This document shows, one piece after another, positions 53,451 to 62,883 of a stretch of 64,000 bases of DNA (positions within the stretch are counted from its first letter, which is position 1; the number at the start of each line of letters is the position of its first letter). Position numbers and translations under genes: made by a program. The DNA comes from Oscillospiraceae bacterium (GTDB lineage: Bacteria; Bacillota; Clostridia; Oscillospirales; Acutalibacteraceae). The notes beneath the pieces are model-generated. The model worked only from the letters and a program-made list of their open reading frames with translations, did not search any database and was not told where the DNA came from. The DNA lies in contig CADAER010000005.1 in NCBI GenBank assembly GCA_902787025.1, positions 417-64,416 on the forward strand. The letters are read 5' to 3'.

Positions 53451-55976
53451 ATGAAGAAGTTCATAATGGCTGTAAAAAGCTTTTTGCTTATAATGCTGGC
53501 TGCGGCAGTTTCTTTTCCCGGTGTAATCGCGGGCGCGCAAGACGAAGAAGCCGGATATGCGGTGGTTGTTTCCGCAAACGCGACTTCAACGGAAATGTAT
53601 GCCGCGCAAACGCTGCAGGAATATCTCTATTATCTTAATAAAACCGAATACCCGTTAATCACGGATGCCGAGCAGTTCGACGGATTTAAATTCTGTGTCG
53701 GAGCGACCTCCGTTTATGATACGTCCGATATTGAGGGCAAAGCCGCCGACTCGTATATTATCGCTCCCTTCGACAACGGTCTTGCCATTTTCGGCGCGGG
53801 CAGTCGCGGAACCCTCTACGGAGTTCATACCTTCCTTGAAAAGTTCTGCGGTTATAAATGTTACGGCTGGTATCCCGCAATGGTAATGACTTCCGATAAA
53901 ATGACGCTTCCGCAGGAAAAAATCGAATACGAACCTTATTTTGAATACAGAAACACCGACTGGCGCAGCGGCTGGATGGCGTTGTATTCGGTCTCGCACA
54001 AGCTCAACGGCACCTATCAGACCGACGCTCCCGAGCAGGGCGGAAACATCCCCTATCTCGGCGACGCAAGCTGCCATACGCTCTCAACCGTCTTCTGCTC
54101 CGCGGGCGAATATTTTGAAAGCCACCCTGAATATTTCGCGCTGCGCGACGGCGAGAGAGTTCCCAACCAGCTTTGTCTGACCAATGAAGAGGTTTATGAA
54201 ATTGTCCTCGATGAGGTTCTGAATGTTCTCGCGGAAGAACACGACAGCAACGCCGATCTGCAGATAGTTTCGCTGTCTCAGGCGGACAATCTCGACTACT
54301 GCGAGTGTGAAAACTGCAAGGCTCTCGACGACGCGAACGGCTCCCACTCGGGTTCCCTGATTGCGTTCGTCAACAGGATTGCCTCCGCCGTTAAGCAGCA
54401 AGGCTATGACAACGTGGCGTTCGACACGCTCGCCTATACTTATTCGCGCAAGGCTCCGTCTCAGTTGCAGCCGGCAGACAATGTCATCGTTACGCTCTGC
54501 ACATTCGAATGTTGTTTTTCGCACGCTCTGGATGACGCCGACTGCCCGAGAAACAGAGAACTGATGGAGGACCTTGAAGACTGGTCCGGAATCTGCAACA
54601 GATTATATATCTGGGATTACACAACGAATTACGCCTACACGCTCGGCATATTCCCCGATTTCAACACTTTACAGAAGAATATGCAGTGCTTTCACAGATA
54701 CGGCGTAAAGGGCGTTTATGAAGAGGGAAACTATTATGTTGACCGCTGCGATACGGAATTCGGAGAACTCAGAACCTATCTGATTGCGGAGCTTATGGAA
54801 AACCCTTACTGTAATTATGACGCAAAAATGCAGGAATTCTGCAACTACTACTACGGTAAAGGCGGAAGTTACATCGTGCAGATTATTGACGAACTCACCG
54901 CCTGCACGAAGGGCCACCTGGACCTCATCTGCCGTATGGGCGACACATTTTCAATTGACGAAGAAGAAGCGGAAAAAATCGACCGTCTCTGGACTCTTGC
55001 CGAAAGCGCTTCGGCAGATTCTCAGGACGCTCTCGAGGCAATCGTACGAAGCAAACTCTCCTGGCGTTATGTCAAGGCTGTGCTCGGATTAAGAGAATTC
55101 AGCGGAACGCTTGAAGAAAACAGAGACGCAAGGGAAGCCTTATTCAACGACCTCATTTCCCACGGTGTCAGAATGATTGACGAGTGGACCTGGATTGAAG
55201 ATGATTTCTCCGAATATGAACTGATACCCGTTGAAGAATGGGAGTATGCCGCCCGTTTCTATTATCTTGTTTATAATCCGAACGGCGGAAAAGACGCTCC
55301 CGGCGGTCAGTGGGCGTTTGATTATACAATATCCGACACTGTTCCGTCGCGCAACGGATTCACCTTCCTCGGCTGGGCAACCTCCGCAGACGCGACTGCA
55401 GCTGAGTATCAGCCCGGCGACATTATAGATATGGAAAGCGACCTTACGCTTTTCGCCGTCTGGGAGGAAAGCAACGGTCATGATTACCGCTTCAGCAGAT
55501 TTATATGGGCGGATGACTTTACGGCAAAGGCCGAGTATGTCTGCTCCTATGACAGCAGTCATGTCGCTTATTACGACGCCGGTGTCACTTCCGTAACCGA
55601 CAGGGAAGCCACCTGTTCAAAAGCAGGTAAAAAGACTTATACCGCCGTTTATGACGGCAATACGGGAACAAAGACGGTAACTGTCCCCAAAAATGCGAAA
55701 AACCACGCAAAAGCGGTCACCGTTCCCGGCGTGGCGCCGACCTGCGCAAAAACAGGTCTGACGGAAGGCAGCAGGTGTCCTGACTGCGGCGCCGTTCTGA
55801 CCGCGCAGCATACAATACCCGCAACGGGAAAGCATGTTGACAAAAACAATGACGGCCGCTGTGACGTATGCAACATGTGCAAATGGTGCGGCAAGGTTCA
55901 CAGCGTTGATTTCTGGCAGAGGATAACAGAATTCTTCCACCGGATACTTATCGTAATATTCGGCGCGAAATACTGA
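53451..55976 (+). CDS. Secreted DUF4838-like putative glycoside hydrolase with an InlB B-like repeat and Cys-rich C-terminus
   Basis: RGTLYGV..FLE, YFESHPEYFAL, QLCLTN, CECENC, YIWDY; YNPNGG...GFTFLGW...LFAVW. Confidence 0.75.
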   Translation: MKKFIMAVKSFLLIMLAAAVSFPGVIAGAQDEEAGYAVVVSANATSTEMYAAQTLQEYLYYLNKTEYPLITDAEQFDGFKFCVGATSVYDTSDIEGKAADSYIIAPFDNGLAIFGAGSRGTLYGVHTFLEKFCGYKCYGWYPAMVMTSDKMTLPQEKIEYEPYFEYRNTDWRSGWMALYSVSHKLNGTYQTDAPEQGGNIPYLGDASCHTLSTVFCSAGEYFESHPEYFALRDGERVPNQLCLTNEEVYEIVLDEVLNVLAEEHDSNADLQIVSLSQADNLDYCECENCKALDDANGSHSGSLIAFVNRIASAVKQQGYDNVAFDTLAYTYSRKAPSQLQPADNVIVTLCTFECCFSHALDDADCPRNRELMEDLEDWSGICNRLYIWDYTTNYAYTLGIFPDFNTLQKNMQCFHRYGVKGVYEEGNYYVDRCDTEFGELRTYLIAELMENPYCNYDAKMQEFCNYYYGKGGSYIVQIIDELTACTKGHLDLICRMGDTFSIDEEEAEKIDRLWTLAESASADSQDALEAIVRSKLSWRYVKAVLGLREFSGTLEENRDAREALFNDLISHGVRMIDEWTWIEDDFSEYELIPVEEWEYAARFYYLVYNPNGGKDAPGGQWAFDYTISDTVPSRNGFTFLGWATSADATAAEYQPGDIIDMESDLTLFAVWEESNGHDYRFSRFIWADDFTAKAEYVCSYDSSHVAYYDAGVTSVTDREATCSKAGKKTYTAVYDGNTGTKTVTVPKNAKNHAKAVTVPGVAPTCAKTGLTEGSRCPDCGAVLTAQHTIPATGKHVDKNNDGRCDVCNMCKWCGKVHSVDFWQRITEFFHRILIVIFGAKY

Positions 55977-56013
55977 TCCGGTCATTTTTATTAATCGGGA
56001 TTTGAGGAGGTAA

Positions 56014-56454
56014 ATGATGATTAAGTTAGTAACTATCGACCCAGATAATTGGAGACTTGGTCTTAAAGTGTCATAAACACAAAAAAGATATGTATCTGAT
56101 AGTATGAAACTACTGGCAAGAGCATATGCGTATCGAAACAGCAGAAGCAATGCGTTTGTCATTTATAACGATTCCAATCCTGTGGGTATGGCCCTATACT
56201 ATGACTGCGATGAAGTTAACGCATATGATTTCAGCCAATTGTTTATAGATGAACGATATCAGGGAAACGGATTTGGAATTGAATCGGCGAACCAAATCCT
56301 TGAATTAATGAAAAACGATGGTAAATATGATAAAGTTATTCTTTGTTATATTGATGGAAATGAAGTTGCAAAAAATATGTATGAAAAATTGGGCTTTCAT
56401 TTAACAGGAGAATGCGATGGAAACGAGATTATTATGGAGAAGCTATTAAGATAA
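56014..56454 (+). pseudogene. GNAT acetyltransferase with an in-frame TAA at 56074-56076
   Basis: ATG after GAGGAGG gives MMIKLVTIDPDNWRLGLKVS*TQKRYVSDSMKLL, in frame with ORF 56104; QGNGFG and YEKLGF motifs. Confidence 0.8.
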
Positions 56455-56465
56455 ATTCCGGTTTG
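56453..56465 (+). repeat. 13-bp direct repeat aaattccggtttg (second copy at 59132-59144; related site at 55992-56004)
   Basis: Exact match between the two copies; the first overlaps the GNAT stop codon. Confidence 0.75.
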
Positions 56466-56476
56466 GTGAGGTAAAA

Positions 56477-59098
56477 ATGAGCAAATACAATAAAATCATA
56501 TCTTATATAATCGTTGCCGTTACGGTTTTTACTCTTCTTCCGCTTAAAACAGCGGCACAGGAAAACATACTTCTCTCATATCCGGAATATGACGAGAGGA
56601 TTACCCGATGTTATGAGTATGAAGTTTCGGTAACGCAGAATAATAAGACGATACCGTTAAAGGTTTATGACAGATGCAATTCTTCCACACTGCTCGGTAA
56701 CCGGACAAAGAGGCCCGATATGCACAGGAGATTCTGTGAATTTGCCTTTTCCGGAGAATCTGTTACGGTAAATATCAGGGTTAGAAAAGATTTCAGGAAT
56801 TATTCTGTTATTCCAAGCGCGAAACAGTTCCCGGTGTCATTCAGCGACGGAGTTATATCCGTTACAGTATCGGAGCCTGACGATTATTTTATCCTGCGTC
56901 TTGATTCCGACGACAATACCGTTCTCTCGGTATTTGCCGATAAACCTGAATCCGACAGTTATATTAAATCAGATGAATCCGTTCTTATTCTTGACGATAA
57001 ATGGAACGAAATGAGTTCAGGCGAATATCTTACAATTGACGGTAAATCATCATTTGTCAAATCGGAGTCAGACGGAAAAACACTGCTTACCCGTGTAAAC
57101 AATTCTGAACATCCGGTTACATCCGTCTATGTTGCTCCCGGCTGTGTGCTGAATTCCAGGGTAAGAATCGAAGCCGCGGGAGTGAAGATATCCGGCCACG
57201 GTATAATTCTTGACCCGTATTCTGATATTTTCGCTGCGGATATCCGTAATGCTCCCGATAAATTCTTTGTTCTTCTGGGTGCTGCCGACTGCTCGGTCCG
57301 TGATTTAAAAATCCTTGATTCGCAGAATTATTCTCTTACTCTCGGCTGGCTTTGCGACCGCACGGTTATAGAAAATGTAAAAATACTTGCATCCACGATG
57401 TGTACCGACGGAATATCTGTTTTTGAAAGCAGAAGTATAAATATCAAAAACAATTTCATTTACGCCGGCGATAATGCCATAGTTTTCGGCGGAGATTGCT
57501 CGGGCAGCGATTTTGAAAACAATATAATCGGAACAACCTGCGCGGCATTTTTCCCTCAGAGCAGCATTTCGGGCACAGTCACTTTCAGGGATTCATTTGT
57601 TTTCCGCTGTGATGAAGGATGCGTGAATAACTGGTACGGCGCGTCCGGAGACGGATCGGAGATCGAAAATATCATATTTGACCGCCTCGACTGCACCGAT
57701 GTCACCGTGTTCCCCTGGCTGTTTTGCGCGCGAAACCAAGGCTCGCCCGCCAAGAATTTTACTTTCATTAACACCTCGATTGTTTCTTCACGCGGAACGG
57801 CTTATATAACGGAACCTGCGAACGGTAAGTCGGTTATAATATCGGTTGATTCTCAGGATGAATTTCCTGCATGCGGATACCGTCTTGCTTTTAATAATTT
57901 GTTTGTTGACGGCATCTGCGTCACATCTGCCGATGATTTGGTTTACAGCGCTCCGGATAATTCAGTAACAATGAATTTCACAAGCACTGATAACTGTGAA
58001 ATCAATCTTCACTCGTCGGAATCCGTGGTAAATTATATTTATCCATATAAAATATTTATCGGCGGTTGCGAAACATTTTTATCAGGATGCCCTGCGGAGA
58101 ATGAAAACGGTATTCTTTTACCGGCTGAAATTCTAAGCAGACTCGCGATTGAAGATAAATCGAAAATCGTAACTGTTGAAGGAAAAATATATATTCAGTT
58201 AAGTGATTTGAGCTCATATTGCGCCGGAGTGTCATACGACAAAGCCAAAGGCATTATTTCAATAAAAAAGCCTTCTTATAAAACAGATAATCTCATTAAA
58301 GACAACGCCCTCGCATTCAGCCGCTGGACTGAAATGATTTGCTATGAATCCGGTCTGACCGCTTCAACATCAGGCGGAGACTGTATATACTGTCTGGATG
58401 TTGATTCAAAAAATTCGGCCGCGGGAATGAAAACCTTCATCACCGATGAAATACTGCGTAACGGCTCAGGCAGATACAGATTGGCATTCAGCGCGAAAAC
58501 TGCCGCCAAAACAAAGCAAAAACTGCGTGTCGGTCTGAGCACTGTTCCGCAGAATTGCGGATATTACGAGCATACGGCAGAGCTTACCGGTAAATGGCAG
58601 AGTTTTTCATTTGCCTTTGATTTATCCGGCGCGGATCTGAATGCAGTTACCGACGTTTTTATTTCATTAAGCAACAAAGGCAATTCCGGTTTCTCGGCTC
58701 AATTCAAAGATTTTGCTTTTTATTATGAAGACGGTCCCGACAGCCCCGATAATCCCGCTCCGCCGTCAACATATATCCCCGAAGCTTACATAATCAATGG
58801 CAACAGCCCTGACAACAGAAAGACTTACGGCTACCGCACAACGGTAACTTTCACCGCCGTTGTTCCCGAAGGCGGAAGTGTTCAGTGGTATGTTGACTCA
58901 AACCCTGCAGGTAACGGCAACACTTTAACCGTAAAAGACAAAACAAACGATTATACGGTTAAGGTCGTTGTTACAGACAAAAGCGGCAAAAAGACAATGG
59001 ATGAGGAACAGGTAACGATCAGGCACGGCTTCTTTGATATTTTAATCTGGTTTTTCGTTCATCTGTTCAATCCGGGAGCATATGATATAAAGCAGTAA
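56477..59098 (+). CDS. Secreted pectin-lyase-fold (GH28/49-like) protein with CBM4/9-like and Ig-like modules
   Basis: Signal peptide; VKISGHGIL-type segment, TDGI, GDNAI beta-helix motifs; YRLAFSAK...LTGKWQSFSF. Confidence 0.65.
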   Translation: MSKYNKIISYIIVAVTVFTLLPLKTAAQENILLSYPEYDERITRCYEYEVSVTQNNKTIPLKVYDRCNSSTLLGNRTKRPDMHRRFCEFAFSGESVTVNIRVRKDFRNYSVIPSAKQFPVSFSDGVISVTVSEPDDYFILRLDSDDNTVLSVFADKPESDSYIKSDESVLILDDKWNEMSSGEYLTIDGKSSFVKSESDGKTLLTRVNNSEHPVTSVYVAPGCVLNSRVRIEAAGVKISGHGIILDPYSDIFAADIRNAPDKFFVLLGAADCSVRDLKILDSQNYSLTLGWLCDRTVIENVKILASTMCTDGISVFESRSINIKNNFIYAGDNAIVFGGDCSGSDFENNIIGTTCAAFFPQSSISGTVTFRDSFVFRCDEGCVNNWYGASGDGSEIENIIFDRLDCTDVTVFPWLFCARNQGSPAKNFTFINTSIVSSRGTAYITEPANGKSVIISVDSQDEFPACGYRLAFNNLFVDGICVTSADDLVYSAPDNSVTMNFTSTDNCEINLHSSESVVNYIYPYKIFIGGCETFLSGCPAENENGILLPAEILSRLAIEDKSKIVTVEGKIYIQLSDLSSYCAGVSYDKAKGIISIKKPSYKTDNLIKDNALAFSRWTEMICYESGLTASTSGGDCIYCLDVDSKNSAAGMKTFITDEILRNGSGRYRLAFSAKTAAKTKQKLRVGLSTVPQNCGYYEHTAELTGKWQSFSFAFDLSGADLNAVTDVFISLSNKGNSGFSAQFKDFAFYYEDGPDSPDNPAPPSTYIPEAYIINGNSPDNRKTYGYRTTVTFTAVVPEGGSVQWYVDSNPAGNGNTLTVKDKTNDYTVKVVVTDKSGKKTMDEEQVTIRHGFFDILIWFFVHLFNPGAYDIKQ

Positions 59099-59170
59099 GA
59101 ATTATAAAAAAAGGCCCGGTGTTTGACTGACAAATTCCGGTTTGCAGGGCAAAAACAATTTAATAAGCAA

Positions 59171-59199
59171 TGTGCCGCTCGCTTATTGTGGGCGGCACA
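59171..59199 (+). terminator. Hairpin, probable terminator
   Basis: tgtgccgctcgc-ttatt-gtgggcggcaca. Confidence 0.6.
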
Positions 59200-59316
59200 A
59201 TATTACTGTTAAGGGAGGGAAATATTTGAAGATATTAAACAGTGGTGAAAATCGTCAATAGTGGTGAAAATAGTGCTGAAATTCAGAGGTTTTTGATTTT
59301 ATTAGCTGAAAAATAA

Positions 59317-59361
59317 CTGTCTAATATACTGGACAAAATCTGTCTAATATACTTGACAAAA
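59317..59361. repeat. 23-bp-period tandem repeat in the AAA ATPase promoter
   Basis: ctgtctaatatact(g/t)gacaaaa twice. Confidence 0.9.
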
Positions 59362-59415
59362 ACGGGCAAAAATTGTATAGTATATCCGACAGTTGCTAAA
59401 ACAGGAGATGAAATT

Positions 59416-60681
59416 ATGAATCATGATATTCTCAAATCGGTTATTTTTGATCAGCACGAAATCATAAAAAACTTCATTATCTATCCCAGAGAATATAGTT
59501 TTGAAGAGAATGCCAACTATGTTCTTACAGGTATGAGACGTTCCGGAAAATCAACCCTCTTATATGATAAAGTGCAAAAGCTGATAGCTGCGGGAAACGA
59601 CTGGAATCAGATCGTTTATATTAACTTTGAGGATGAGAGACTCGCCGACTTTACCATTAATGATTTTAATGATATTCTCGGCGTTGCCTATGAACTCAGC
59701 GACAGCAAAAGTTATTTCTTCTTTGATGAAATCCAGAATATAGAAGGATGGGAAAAATTTGCCAGGCGCCTTGCAGATGCAAAAGAGAGAGTATATATTA
59801 CCGGCAGTAATGCAAAAATGCTCAGCAGAGATATTGAAAGCACACTGGGCGCAAGATTTCTGAGCATGAATATCTCGCCTTATAATCTGCGTGAGTATCT
59901 TACTGCTTTATCTGTGCCTTATAATAAAACTGAATTGCTGAAAACAAAATCAAACGCTCTGGTTCAGAAAAACTGTAATGAGTATCTTACTTTCGGAGGA
60001 TTTCCCGAGTCATTACTTTACAAATCAAAGCGTGAATATGTCTCTTCGGTCTATCAGAAAATTCTGCTCGGTGATATTATTGCAAGGAACAACATCCGCA
60101 ATGGATATCCGCTTCGAGTTATGATGAAGAAAATTGCAGAATCGGTATGCAGTGAATTATCCTATACCCGCCTGCATAATATAGTTACGGGAACGGGAGC
60201 AAAAATCAGCAAAGAGACTGTGATTGATTATGTTCAGTATGCGATTCAGGCGTATATGATTTTCCCTGTCAGGAGCTATTATGCAAAGTTTGCAGATAAA
60301 GAGAGCAATCCTAAATACTATTTCGGAGATACGGGTTTAACAAACCTTTTCCTTGTTGACAAGGACAGTGCACTGCTTGAAAACGCAGTCGCTGTATCTA
60401 TGCTCAGAAAATACGGTGAAGAAAACTTATACTATATCAAATCATCCGAAACAGGTATAGATGTTGACTTCTGGATACCTGAAACCAAGACAGCAATCCA
60501 GGTATGTTACAGCCTTAATGACAGCAGCTATGACAGAGAGGTCAAATCAATTAAGAAACTGGCCTCACTCGGTGAAGCTAAAAGACTTGTTATTGTCACA
60601 AAAGACGAATCGGGAGTCCTGGATGTCAACGGGACTGAAATAGAAATTGTTCCTGTATATAAATTCCTTTTGGGATTATAA
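59416..60681 (+). CDS. AAA_14 ATPase with DUF4143 / C-terminal PD-(D/E)xK-like domain
   Basis: GMRRSGKS, INFEDERL, FFDEIQ, ITGSNA, GGFPE, KYYFGDTG, DVDF...IQVC. Confidence 0.9.
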   Translation: MNHDILKSVIFDQHEIIKNFIIYPREYSFEENANYVLTGMRRSGKSTLLYDKVQKLIAAGNDWNQIVYINFEDERLADFTINDFNDILGVAYELSDSKSYFFFDEIQNIEGWEKFARRLADAKERVYITGSNAKMLSRDIESTLGARFLSMNISPYNLREYLTALSVPYNKTELLKTKSNALVQKNCNEYLTFGGFPESLLYKSKREYVSSVYQKILLGDIIARNNIRNGYPLRVMMKKIAESVCSELSYTRLHNIVTGTGAKISKETVIDYVQYAIQAYMIFPVRSYYAKFADKESNPKYYFGDTGLTNLFLVDKDSALLENAVAVSMLRKYGEENLYYIKSSETGIDVDFWIPETKTAIQVCYSLNDSSYDREVKSIKKLASLGEAKRLVIVTKDESGVLDVNGTEIEIVPVYKFLLGL

Positions 60682-60704
60682 TATAGTCAAAATAGTTTAT
60701 TATG

Positions 60705-60738
60705 AAAAGCCGGGCTGATGTAATATCAGCCCGGTTTT
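60705..60738. terminator. Intrinsic terminator
   Basis: aaaagccgggctgat-N5-atcagcccggtttt. Confidence 0.8.
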
Positions 60739-60748
60739 GTTTTATGTG

Positions 60749-60890
60749 TTACAGCGCTATTGAGCATATCCTCATTTGCCGTAATTTCATATTCGTCAAA
60801 TATCAGCTCGGGCTCCAATCCTTTCTCAGCCCATCGCTTTTCCAGAAGCAGAACACAGCCGCGTATCTGCTCCGACAGGTTATATGTATT
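60749..60890 (-). pseudogene. Sensor histidine kinase fragment
   Basis: Minus-strand YNLSEQIRGCVLLLEKRWAEKGLEPELIFDEYEITANEDML resembles the segment just before the HATPase N-box; no start codon. Confidence 0.55.
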
Positions 60891-61100
60891 TAATGCTCCA
60901 GATTAGGATAGGAACTATTATAGCGGAGCACACTGTCATGTGCTGTCGAAACCTGTCGGCAAACATAAAATAATAGCAAAAAAGACCACAGGAAGTGAAA
61001 CCTGTGGCCTTCTTTGCACTCAAGGATTATACCTTCAGCTAAGCCGATACCTGAAAGCAGACTCCCCACCGTGATTGGTGGGGAGCTGTTAAGAAATCAA

Positions 61101-61556
61101 TTAGCCTTCGATAGCGATGTACTTCTTTTCAGGAAGCTGCGGTTTTGCTTCCTTCTTCGGAATCTGCAGCGTCAGAACACCGTGCTCCAGCTTGGCCTTG
61201 ATATCCTCTTCCGTGATTTCCTCGCCGACATAGAAGCTGCGGCTCATGCTGCCGGCATAGCGCTCCTGGCGGATGATCTTACCGGACTTCTTGTCCTTCT
61301 CATCCTTGTCAAGGCCTTTCGCCGCCGTGATGTTCAGATACCCGTTCTCCAGGCTGAGCTGAACTTCATCCTTGTGGAAGCCGGGAAGCTCAATATCAAC
61401 TTCATAGCTGTCATCGTGCTCCCGCACATCCGTCTTCATCAGCTTCTTGGCATTGTGACCGTAAAGCGGTTTCTCAATCCGGGCAAATTCACGATCCATG
61501 TCATCGAACCAACGATCCATCAAATCCTCACCAAAAACACTAGGCATGTACAACAT
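61101..61556 (-). CDS. Hsp20/alpha-crystallin small heat-shock protein
   Basis: MKTDVRE, ELPGF.K, RQERYAGSMSRSFYVG, GVLTLQIPKKE. Confidence 0.95.
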   Translation of the reverse strand: MLYMPSVFGEDLMDRWFDDMDREFARIEKPLYGHNAKKLMKTDVREHDDSYEVDIELPGFHKDEVQLSLENGYLNITAAKGLDKDEKDKKSGKIIRQERYAGSMSRSFYVGEEITEEDIKAKLEHGVLTLQIPKKEAKPQLPEKKYIAIEG

Positions 61557-61695
61557 AAGTCAAACCTCCTTTTATTTTCGGTCCTGGATGCTGTTCAGGG
61601 CTGTTGCTGTGGTATATGCCGCAAGGGAGATGAAGAAACCCGGAACCTTAGTTCCGGATCTTTTTCCCTCTTGCGATTATGTTATACCACCTTTT

Positions 61696-61722
61696 TTAGC
61701 ACTTGTCAAGTGAGAGTGCTAA
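61696..61722 (-). promoter_or_regulatory. CIRCE (HrcA operator) overlapping the hsp20 -35 box
   Basis: ttagcactt-N9-gagtgctaa (1 mismatch); minus-strand TTGACA-17-TATAAC. Confidence 0.9.
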
Positions 61723-61734
61723 TTTTTTTGTGAA

Positions 61735-61930
61735 TTATTTGTTAACACCAATACAGTTATTCTGTTCAGCCAGTTCTGAGCCATTCTGGAATTTGAACAA
61801 CATACCGCCATCCTTAAAAACGGTGACCCGGTCAACTGTATCCATCCATAGCCGCTCATCAAAATGCTCCGGCAGCTGATCCATCTCCCGGAGCCGGAAC
61901 ATAAAAGCACCAATGGCATCAGCCTTATTG
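61735..61930 (-). pseudogene. C-terminal remnant of a large serine recombinase
   Basis: FDERLWMDTVDRVTVFKDGGMLFKFQNGSE resembles the typical C-terminus; catalytic domain absent. Confidence 0.6.
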
Positions 61931-62244
61931 TGATATCTACATACAATTATAAAACCAATATTGAACACTTGTTGTTTGCTGTTGCCCAAATTGAAAAGCG
62001 CTCAGAAACGCAATATGTTTATGATTCGACTATCAACACTTATGAACAACTCTCTGATGCTCTGGTTGGCAGAGTTTCAAAAAAGGACAGGCATATATTG
62101 TAAGATTTTCACAATATAATTCCTCTTTTTATTTGCAACCGCTCCGTTTGGGGCGGTTATTATTTTGCTGTTGTTTCGCTTGAGTTTAGAAATCGGTTAT
62201 AAAATCATAGTACTTCGAACATAAATGAAAAGAAGGATAAATCG

Positions 62245-62883
62245 ATGAAAGCAAAATTCAATTTCAGGCAGTATGTATGGATTTTCATAATCGGCTGTTA
62301 TACGGGTTATGCAGTTGAAACACTCTGGTGTTTGATTAAAAACGGGTATATTGAAAGCCGTCGTTCTCTCGTGCTGGGGCATCTGAGTGTCGCTTACGGT
62401 ATGGGTGCGGTACTGCTCACTCTGATTCTTGTCCGCTTTCAAGGAGCCGCGTGGTGGAAAATTTTTCTGATTTCGTTTTTCAGCGGAACGGTGACCGAAT
62501 ATATCTGCTCTCTTGGGCAGGAAATCTGCTTCGGCTCCGTCGCGTGGGATTACAGTCATTTGCCGCTCAATATCAACGGACGGGTTTGTCTGCTGTACTC
62601 CGTCTTCTGGGGCGTAATCGGGCTCGGATGGGTGAAGCTGATTATGCCGCTGATGAACAAGCTGTTTGAAAAAATTCATATTCCGTTTGAGCATATTTTG
62701 ATTGGCGCATTTATCGTTTTCTTCGCATTTGACGCTCTGCTTTCAGCCGGCGCCGCCGTCCGTATGGACAGGCGTCAACAAGGCATTTCTGCGTCAAACA
62801 GTATGGAAATTTTTCTGGACACACATTTTGATGACGAGAGAATGCATGAAATCTATGCAAATTCTAAAACTGTGAAAGAGTGA
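62245..62883 (+). CDS. CmpB/TMEM229-like putative ABC transporter permease
   Basis: GYAVETLW, YGMG, EY, WDYSHLPLNINGRVCL. Confidence 0.85.
   Translation: MKAKFNFRQYVWIFIIGCYTGYAVETLWCLIKNGYIESRRSLVLGHLSVAYGMGAVLLTLILVRFQGAAWWKIFLISFFSGTVTEYICSLGQEICFGSVAWDYSHLPLNINGRVCLLYSVFWGVIGLGWVKLIMPLMNKLFEKIHIPFEHILIGAFIVFFAFDALLSAGAAVRMDRRQQGISASNSMEIFLDTHFDDERMHEIYANSKTVKE

Noticed and set aside
61014-61733. 239-aa plus-strand ORF
   Set aside because: Antisense to hsp20 and runs through its terminator and CIRCE.
61864-62103. 79-aa plus-strand ORF
   Set aside because: Starts antisense within the recombinase relic; at most a gene tail with no recognisable family.
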